Of a stretch of 64,000 bases of DNA, positions 57,700 through 64,000 are shown piece by piece. The notes under the pieces are model-generated. The model ran no database searches and was not told where the DNA came from. It saw nothing but the letters and a program-made list of their open reading frames with translations. Position 1 is the first letter of the stretch. Each line of letters begins with the position of its first letter. The stretch comes from Candidatus Brocadiaceae bacterium (GTDB lineage Bacteria; Planctomycetota; Brocadiia; SM23-32): assembly GCA_003551305.1 (NCBI GenBank), contig PUMJ01000293.1:304-64303 (forward strand), written 5' to 3'. The position numbers and the translations under genes are program-made.

Positions 57700-57749
57700 C
57701 GCTTCACCGACCGCCCTCGCGCCAGCGAGCCTCACACACCACCCCGCCC

Positions 57750-59087
57750 TCAGAACAGCAGGCCGCCCGCCTGCATGGCCTTCTTGAGGTCTTCATAGGG
57801 CAGGCCGCGCGCCGTGAGACCGCCCTCCGCTGCCATCGCCGCCGCCATCCCGGCGGCGTCGCCCAGTCCGAAGACGGTGTACATGCGCCGCATCGAGGAG
57901 TTGGCCACGTGGTCCGCCGAGGCCGCGCGGCCGGCCACCAGCAGGTTCTCCAGCCTCCGCGGCAACAGGCTCCGGTACGGCATCGTGACGTGCGTGCCCA
58001 CTGTCTCGCACGTCCAGCCCTTCTCGTGCATGTCGAAGGTCACGTGGCTTCGGCTGACGCTGTCGGGGAACTGCCGACCGCTGCGGCAATCCTCCTCGGT
58101 GAGCACGTGGTCGCCCACGACACAGCCCGACTCGCGCACGCCTATCTGCGGGGCCGTCTCGACCAGGCGCGCCTCCTCGAAGCCGGCCACCTCCTGCCGC
58201 AGGAAGCGCCATACCGCCAGCACCTGGCGCCGACAGGTGAGCTCGGCCCGGGTCAGGTCCTCCTCCACCAGGCCGTCCACCTCGTCAATGCGCGTGGCGT
58301 TCAGCGAGAGTTCACCCGGCCGGATGCTGCTGCAGTTGAAATAGCTGGTCCGGGGCAGGTCGATGATGTCCGACTCCTCATACAGGGGCGTCAGGTCTCC
58401 TGACAGGAAAAAGGACTTACCCGCGAGCGCCCGCTCCCGCAGGCGCGAGAGCTGCTGCGGGCCGGCCTGGTAGAGCGCCGGGTGCGCCGCAATCCAGTCG
58501 AAGTAGCGCGCCATGTCAATGCCGCCGATGCGGAACCGCAGCGTCATCCCCTGCAGTATGCCGCCCTCGCCGCCGCGGATGAACTCGGCGCCGGCATGCC
58601 GCGCCACGTCGCCATCACCGGTGGCGTCCACGGTCTGCTCTGCCAGGAAGGCCCTCCGCCCGGACTTGCTCTCGGTGACGACACCCCGCACCGACGCTCC
58701 ATCGGTCAAAGTGTCCGCGACCCAGGTGTGCAGGTGCAGTTCGACTCCCGCCTCCTGCAGCATCTCGGCCGCCGCCTGCTTCACGTACTCGGGCTCCATG
58801 TGGTTGTCCTCCAGCGGGTCCGGCCCCGGGCCGGTGCCCCTCACCCGCTCGGCGAACTCCCGCAGCAGATCGCTCAAGTGGTCCTTCATCCCGTGCCAGC
58901 AGGGCATGATGCTGGTGGCCGGAACACCGCCGGGAAAGCCGTAGCGCTCCAGCAGCGCCACGCGTGCCCCCCGCCGGGCCGCGCTCACCGCCGCCGGCAC
59001 CCCGGAAGTGCCGGCCCCGCAGACAAGCACATCATACCGACCGACAACCGGCACCTCCCGCTGCCTTTCTCGGACCCGCTCGACCAT
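57750..59087 (-). CDS. FAD-dependent oxidoreductase
   Basis: ATG at 59087 with GAAGGAG upstream. Dinucleotide fold YDVLVCGAGTSGVPAAVSAARRGARVALLE. Confidence 0.85.
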   Translation of the reverse strand: MVERVRERQREVPVVGRYDVLVCGAGTSGVPAAVSAARRGARVALLERYGFPGGVPATSIMPCWHGMKDHLSDLLREFAERVRGTGPGPDPLEDNHMEPEYVKQAAAEMLQEAGVELHLHTWVADTLTDGASVRGVVTESKSGRRAFLAEQTVDATGDGDVARHAGAEFIRGGEGGILQGMTLRFRIGGIDMARYFDWIAAHPALYQAGPQQLSRLRERALAGKSFFLSGDLTPLYEESDIIDLPRTSYFNCSSIRPGELSLNATRIDEVDGLVEEDLTRAELTCRRQVLAVWRFLRQEVAGFEEARLVETAPQIGVRESGCVVGDHVLTEEDCRSGRQFPDSVSRSHVTFDMHEKGWTCETVGTHVTMPYRSLLPRRLENLLVAGRAASADHVANSSMRRMYTVFGLGDAAGMAAAMAAEGGLTARGLPYEDLKKAMQAGGLLF

Positions 59088-59273
59088 CTTATTCTCCTTC
59101 CCGCAGAACATAGTGAGACGGCCCCGCCTCGCAGCACCCTGTTGAGCCTGCGCGAAAAGGCGTTGCGGAAGTCCACCGCCTGCATTGTGTCCTTCAGCAG
59201 GCACGACATCAACTGGAGTGACATCCGGCGGTTCTCTCCCCCCCCGGTCCCGTTCGCCTGGAGGTCATTCTGG

Positions 59274-59302
59274 TTGCCATCGCCCGGCCACTGAAGTATA
59301 GT
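59274..59302 (+). promoter_or_regulatory. sigma-70-like promoter candidate for the GT4 gene
   Basis: TTGCCA, 17 nt, TATAGT, about 68 nt upstream of the ATG at 59371. Confidence 0.4.
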
Positions 59303-59370
59303 CACACTCTGGGTAGTGCGGCAGTGAGGTGGCCGCCCGGAGTTCAGTGCGCCTTTGCACGATTGACGGC

Positions 59371-60588
59371 ATGTCGATCCGCATTCTACACGTTTTGGCT
59401 CTCAACAGCGTCGGCGGGGTGGAACGCCTTTTCGCAGACTACCTTCGCGACACCCGCCAACCACGCTTTGAACACCACGTGCTGGTGGCCCACGAGCGCA
59501 TCCATCCGGTACTCAGAAAGGCCGTTCGCGCTAACGCGCGGTCGGTCCACCATGCGAAGTATGTCGGCGCGCTGAAACTGCCCCGCCTGCCTGCGTTCTT
59601 GCGCGAACGCCACGTCCGCTCAGCGGTCCGCCGGGTCGAACCAGACATCGTGGTTCTCTACAACCATTTCGCTCCCACGCGTCACCTGGTGCCGTCGGAC
59701 CTGACGGTCTCGGGAGCACCCATTCTATATTACGAACAGGGCGCTTGCTGGGGCCCCAAGGACCCTGACCGAGCCACCGAGTTTCTGGGGGCCATGGCCG
59801 GCGTGGTGGCCGACTCACGTGCCGCCCGCCGCATGCTGGAGCTGCGGTGGGGGCTGCCCCGGGACGTCGCCTCGATCTGCCACAACGGCGTGCGCCTGCC
59901 CGCCCCACCTGCGGAGCTTCTCTCGCGCCGGCTACCTGAGGGCAGACCGGTCAGGCTGGGGTTTGCAGGGCGATTTGCTCCCATCAAAGGGGCCGTGCTG
60001 GCTGTGCACGCACTGGCGCGAATGCACGGCAGCAACGGCGCCTTCGAACTCCATCTGGCCGGGACCGGCCCCGAAGAGGCCAACTTGAAGACGGCAGCCC
60101 GGCGCCTTGGCGTCGAGGAGCGAGTCAGATTCTGGGGGCTGGTGCAGGACATGAGACGCTTCTACAGCGAGATTGACCTGTTGCTCTGCCCCTCCGTGCG
60201 GGAACCGTTCGGCAACGTGTGCATCGAAGCGGCCTTCTACGGCTGCCCCGCCGTGGCAACGGCCGTGGACGGCCTGGCCGAGTCGGTGCTGGACGGCCGG
60301 ACGGGACGGCTGGTGCCGGGGACGCTCCCCGTCGAAGAATACGCCGCCCTGGGCAGCGGGACGGGCGGCCTGCCCGAGGTGGTGTACGACCCCGCCTCGG
60401 ACAGCTTGAGCCGGCCCCTGGCCCCCCAGCCTGAAGCACTCCGGGAAGCCATCCTCGAGCTCTGCGCCGACAGCCGCGCTTACACCGAGATGAGTCAGCA
60501 TGCTCACCAGCGGGCGCGCGAAGAGTTCGGCATGGCGATTTACGTCGAGAGGCTTGAACGAGAGTTCCTGGCCGTTGCGGGATGCTGA
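59371..60588 (+). CDS. glycosyltransferase family 4 (GT-B)
   Basis: MSIRILHVLALNSVGGVERL N-terminus. C-terminal PSVREPFGNVCIEAAFYGCPAVAT...E (EX7E-type region). Confidence 0.85.
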   Translation: MSIRILHVLALNSVGGVERLFADYLRDTRQPRFEHHVLVAHERIHPVLRKAVRANARSVHHAKYVGALKLPRLPAFLRERHVRSAVRRVEPDIVVLYNHFAPTRHLVPSDLTVSGAPILYYEQGACWGPKDPDRATEFLGAMAGVVADSRAARRMLELRWGLPRDVASICHNGVRLPAPPAELLSRRLPEGRPVRLGFAGRFAPIKGAVLAVHALARMHGSNGAFELHLAGTGPEEANLKTAARRLGVEERVRFWGLVQDMRRFYSEIDLLLCPSVREPFGNVCIEAAFYGCPAVATAVDGLAESVLDGRTGRLVPGTLPVEEYAALGSGTGGLPEVVYDPASDSLSRPLAPQPEALREAILELCADSRAYTEMSQHAHQRAREEFGMAIYVERLEREFLAVAGC

Positions 60589-60589
60589 C

Positions 60590-60779
60590 GGCCACTGCTG
60601 CCGCAATTCCGCAGCCACTGCCAATGCCGCCACCGCCCTCTCCACCCCGGCACGCGAGCCGTCATCGGCAACCAGCAGTTCAAAGTCGGTGTCGCTCTGA
60701 GCCATCCCCCCAGAGACCGGCGTATCGCACGGGGCTGATTGCAAGAGGATAGGATGACCGAAACCCGGTGAGATGACAT
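60590..60779 (-). pseudogene. family-2 glycosyltransferase N-terminal remnant, frameshifted and truncated
   Basis: ATG at 60779 gives MSSHRVSVILSSCNQPRAIRRSLGG. After a 1-nt slip in a G/C homopolymer (about 60704-60710) a second frame gives AQSDTDFELLVADDGSRAGVERAV, the GT2 DDGS motif. The rest of the domain is absent. Confidence 0.55.
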
Positions 60780-61011
60780 GCTTCGGGACCGATGGGAGGA
60801 GCTCACAAGAAAGGCAAGCAATCCCCGCTGCCGCAGACCCTGACCCGCGAAAAGAGCTGAGCAGCCCTCCAACACGCTGTCAATTCTCCCGTCCCAGGTC
60901 TGGATGCCATCGTGCGGCCCTCCCGCGACTTTGACCCGGCCGGCTGCCCGTGTTACAAAGACCGTACAGACTCACTCCCACCCCCACATCGCCCAACGAG
61001 GAGCCACAGCA

Positions 61012-61764
61012 ATGGACAGGATACCGGTCGCAGTGCAGCTTTACTCCGTGCGCGAGGAATGCGAAAAGGACCTGCACGCCACCCTGCAGGCCGTTTCCGA
61101 CATGGGATACGAGGGCGTCGAGTTCGCCGGCTACTACGGCCGCTCCGCCCGCGAACTGCGCGACATGCTGGACGAACTCCGCCTCGAGGTCGCCGGCACG
61201 CACATCGGCCTGGACACCCTGATGGGCGATGAACTGCCGAAGACCATCGAGTTCAACAAGGCCCTTGGCAACGAGTTCCTCATCGTGCCCGGCCTGCCGG
61301 AGCAAAGCCGCAACTCCGCCGACGCCTGGCGCGAGACGGCCGACATCTTCAACCGCATCTCCGAGAAGGTCCGCCCCGAGGGCATGTGGGTCGGCTACCA
61401 CAACCACGCCATCGAGTTCGAGCCCATGGACGGCGAACTGCCCTGGGACATCTTTTTCAGCAACACCGTGGACGACGTGGTGATGCAGTTGGACACCGGC
61501 AACGCCCTCCACGGCGGCGGCGACCCCGTCCCCTACGTCGAGCGCTACCCCGGCCGTGCACTCACCGTCCACCTGAAGGAATACTCCACCTCCGTGGACA
61601 GCGCCCTCATCGGCGAAGGCGACATGGACTGGGAGCGCATGTTCAAGCTCTGCGAGACCGTCGGCGGCACGCGGTGGTACATCGTCGAACAGGAGAGCTA
61701 CCGCTACTCCCCCATCGAGTGCATCGCCTACTGCCTGGACAACCTGGAGGAGATGGGCAAGTAA
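61012..61764 (+). CDS. sugar phosphate isomerase/epimerase (xylose-isomerase-like TIM barrel)
   Basis: ATG at 61012 with GAGGAG upstream. QLYSVRE...GYEGVEFAGYY...HNHAIEF...VEQE pattern. Confidence 0.85.
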   Translation: MDRIPVAVQLYSVREECEKDLHATLQAVSDMGYEGVEFAGYYGRSARELRDMLDELRLEVAGTHIGLDTLMGDELPKTIEFNKALGNEFLIVPGLPEQSRNSADAWRETADIFNRISEKVRPEGMWVGYHNHAIEFEPMDGELPWDIFFSNTVDDVVMQLDTGNALHGGGDPVPYVERYPGRALTVHLKEYSTSVDSALIGEGDMDWERMFKLCETVGGTRWYIVEQESYRYSPIECIAYCLDNLEEMGK

Positions 61765-61812
61765 CCGCCCCGCCACGGCATCGGCACCTATAGCATGTGT
61801 TATAAGTACGCC

Positions 61813-61841
61813 TTGACACGGTGAGGCGGCTTCTGTCTAAT
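61813..61841 (+). promoter_or_regulatory. sigma-70-like promoter candidate for the helicase gene
   Basis: TTGACA, 17 nt, TCTAAT, preceded by an AT-rich patch (61787-61808). Confidence 0.4.
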
Positions 61842-61882
61842 AGGGCTGGTCTTGCGTCCTTGCGGGCAGGGTGGGCCGCCAC

Positions 61883-64000
61883 ATGGCTCAGCAGCAACAG
61901 GCAGCGGTGCCGGACGATTACCCGCGGCGGGTGCGCCGGCTTCGCGTGGAGAACGAACTCACCCAGCAACGCCTTGCCGAACTGCTCGGGGTCTCCTACG
62001 CCACCGTCAACCGCTGGGAGAACGCCCAGTCGCACCCTTCGCCCCTCGCCTGGGAGAAGATCCTCAGGGCCGAAGCCCTCGGCCCCCACGCGCTCTCCGA
62101 GGAGGAACCCGGGCGTGCCTACGACCCCGACGGCGGCTACGAAACCACCGCCGCGCCGGTGCGCCTCAACTTCGCGGGCGACGCCGAACGCCTCCGCGTC
62201 GTGGCCGAAGCCGAACGCCTGACCTACGGGCACCTGTTCAACCCCACCTTCGCCAGCGAGATCTCCCGCGTCGACCCCCTCCCGCACCAGAGGATAGCCG
62301 TCTACGAGCGGATGCTGCCCCGGGACAGGCTCCGCTTCCTCCTCGCCGACGACGCCGGCGCCGGCAAGACCATCATGACCGGCCTCTACGTGCGCCAGAT
62401 GCTCGCGCGCCGCCTTATCGGCCGGGTCCTCATCGTGCCCCCCGCCGGCCTGGTGGGCAACTGGCAGAGCGAGATGAAAAACCTCTTCAGCCTCCCCTTC
62501 TCGGTCGCCGCCGGCTCCGACGCCGCGGACGGCAACCCCTTCGTCGGGCCCGACAGCGACCTGCTCATCGTCAGCGTGGACACCCTCGCCGGCGAGCGCA
62601 CCTTCTCACGTCTCCAGGAAGCCGAGGTCCGGCCCTACGACCTCGTCGTCTTTGACGAAGCCCACAAGCTCTCCGCGCACCGCGACCCGGACCTGACCGT
62701 GCGCAAGACCCGGCGCTACCGGCTGGCCGAGGCCCTGGCCGGCGTGGACGTCGCCGACCGCCGCTGGCAGCTCGACTGGTCCGCCCGGCACCTGCTCCTG
62801 CTCACGGCCACCCCCCACATGGGCAAGCAGTTCCCCTACTTCTGCCTCTGGCGCCTGCTCGAACCCGACGTGCTCACCACGCTCGACGCCTTCAACTCAT
62901 ACCCCCGGGAGGCCCGCCGGCGCCACATGATCCGGCGCACCAAGGAGGAGATGGTCCGATTCGACGGCTCCCCCATCTACCCCCTGCGCCTCTCGGACAC
63001 GCTCAGCTACAGGCTCACGGAAGGCGACGTCAGCGAGCGAGCCCTCTACGACCGGACCACCGAGTACCTGAAAACCTGCTACAACAAGGCCGCCATCCTG
63101 AACAGCACCGCCGCCCACTTCGCCCGCAGCATCTTCCAGCGCCGCCTGGCGAGCTCCACCTACGCCCTGATGCGCTCCCTGGAGCGACGGCTCGACAAGC
63201 TCAACGGCCTCGCCGAGCAGGTTCGCGCCGGCGGGCTGACCGATGAGCAACTGGCCAACATGCGGCGCAACGCCCCCGAGGTCCGCGACATCTTCGAGAC
63301 CACCACCGCCGACGAAGAAGAAGCCCGGGACGGACGCGAGCAGAACGAGCTGGAGGAAGAGAAAGCCCTCGGCGCCGCCACGGCCGGCACCGTCGGGGAG
63401 CTGCGCGCCGAACGCGACCAGGTGGTGGCCCTCCTGCAACTGGCCAGAAAAGTCTACGAACGCGGCGATGAGTCGAAGTTCAACCGCCTTCGCGAGATAA
63501 TCGAAGACCCGCAGTACCGCGACGAGAAGCTCATCATCTTCACCGAGCACAAGGACACCCTCGACTTCCTGATGCGCCGCCTCCAGAGCATCGGCTACAC
63601 CGGCCGGCTCGCCGACATCCACGGCGGCATGAACTACACCGAGCGCGAGCAGGCGGTCGAGTCCTTCCGCAGGCCGCTCGCCGATGGCGGCGCGCAGTAC
63701 CTGGTGGCCACCGACGCCGCCGGGGAGGGCATCAACCTCCAGTTCTGCTGGATCATGGTCAACTACGACATGCCCTGGAACCCCGCCCGCCTCGAGCAGC
63801 GCATGGGCCGCATCCACCGCTACGGCCAGCCGCACGACCCCGTCGTCATCCTCAACCTCGCCGCCGAAGACACCCGCGAGGGCAAGGTGATAAAAACCCT
63901 CATGGAGAAGATGGAGCTCATCCGGGAGGAACTCGGCTCGGACAAGGTCTTCGACGTCGTCGGCCGCCTCCTCAGGGACGTCTCCATCCGCGACTACATG
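61883..64000 (+). CDS. XRE-type HTH fused to an SNF2-family (SF2) helicase, 3' partial (runs off the window)
   Basis: Not in the ORF track because no stop is reached; the frame is open for 706 codons.
- HTH: RLRVENELTQQRLAELLGVSYATVNRWENAQ.
- Motif I: LLADDAGAGKT.
- Motif II: LVVFDEAHKL.
- Motif III: LLLTATPHMG.
- Motifs V/VI: LVATDAAGEGINLQ and QRMGRIHRYGQ. Confidence 0.85.
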   Translation, partial: MAQQQQAAVPDDYPRRVRRLRVENELTQQRLAELLGVSYATVNRWENAQSHPSPLAWEKILRAEALGPHALSEEEPGRAYDPDGGYETTAAPVRLNFAGDAERLRVVAEAERLTYGHLFNPTFASEISRVDPLPHQRIAVYERMLPRDRLRFLLADDAGAGKTIMTGLYVRQMLARRLIGRVLIVPPAGLVGNWQSEMKNLFSLPFSVAAGSDAADGNPFVGPDSDLLIVSVDTLAGERTFSRLQEAEVRPYDLVVFDEAHKLSAHRDPDLTVRKTRRYRLAEALAGVDVADRRWQLDWSARHLLLLTATPHMGKQFPYFCLWRLLEPDVLTTLDAFNSYPREARRRHMIRRTKEEMVRFDGSPIYPLRLSDTLSYRLTEGDVSERALYDRTTEYLKTCYNKAAILNSTAAHFARSIFQRRLASSTYALMRSLERRLDKLNGLAEQVRAGGLTDEQLANMRRNAPEVRDIFETTTADEEEARDGREQNELEEEKALGAATAGTVGELRAERDQVVALLQLARKVYERGDESKFNRLREIIEDPQYRDEKLIIFTEHKDTLDFLMRRLQSIGYTGRLADIHGGMNYTEREQAVESFRRPLADGGAQYLVATDAAGEGINLQFCWIMVNYDMPWNPARLEQRMGRIHRYGQPHDPVVILNLAAEDTREGKVIKTLMEKMELIREELGSDKVFDVVGRLLRDVSIRDYM

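Overview
This is a high-GC bacterial chromosomal segment (roughly two-thirds G+C by eye, not computed). I support about 50 protein genes and detect no rRNA, tRNA, CRISPR array, transposase or integrase.

Most of the window is housekeeping or core metabolism:
- etfB-etfA plus an acyl-CoA dehydrogenase, nfo, a C-N hydrolase, a GAF-GGDEF cyclase and gltX.
- A complete hoxE-F-U-Y-H plus hoxW NAD-linked (group 3d-type) NiFe hydrogenase operon.
- A sulfatase, groES-groEL, an AICAR-transformylase-only PurH, glyS and a FabZ-like dehydratase.
- An alpha/beta hydrolase, a BNR/sialidase-like protein and a STAS / receiver / sigma-54 activator trio.
- An aminotransferase operon, a fructosamine-kinase-like gene and a phosphohexomutase-yraN pair.
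- A translationally coupled photolyase operon: FeS-BCP type, class II CPD type, DUF523/DUF1722 and bcp.
- An ABC-2/GldF/GldG/DUF4340 cluster, an FAD oxidoreductase, a GT4 glycosyltransferase and two TIM-barrel isomerases.

The gene families suggest a PVC/Planctomycetota-like organism, but that is inference only. Many long antisense ORFs in the six-frame track are GC artefacts and are rejected.

The non-ordinary parts are:
1. A 1.4 kb coding desert (11.1-12.6 kb) packed with perfect GC-rich palindromes.
2. A repeat-saturated locus (39.7-43.4 kb). Homologous repeat arrays bracket small ORFs, a four-helix-bundle (IVS/Avd-like) gene sits 5 nt upstream of a gutted type I hsdR relic, and inverted 10-nt repeat arrays flank that gene.
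3. A stand-alone structured small-RNA candidate with its own promoter and U-tail (43.39-43.56 kb).
4. A DUF3604-like gene split by a single in-frame TGA.
5. A frameshifted GT2 remnant.
6. An XRE-HTH::SNF2 helicase that starts at 61883 and runs off the window. It is possibly the first gene of a defence or restriction island that cannot be seen from here.

I cannot demonstrate a complete, clearly novel multi-gene system inside this window. The findings below are ranked candidates.
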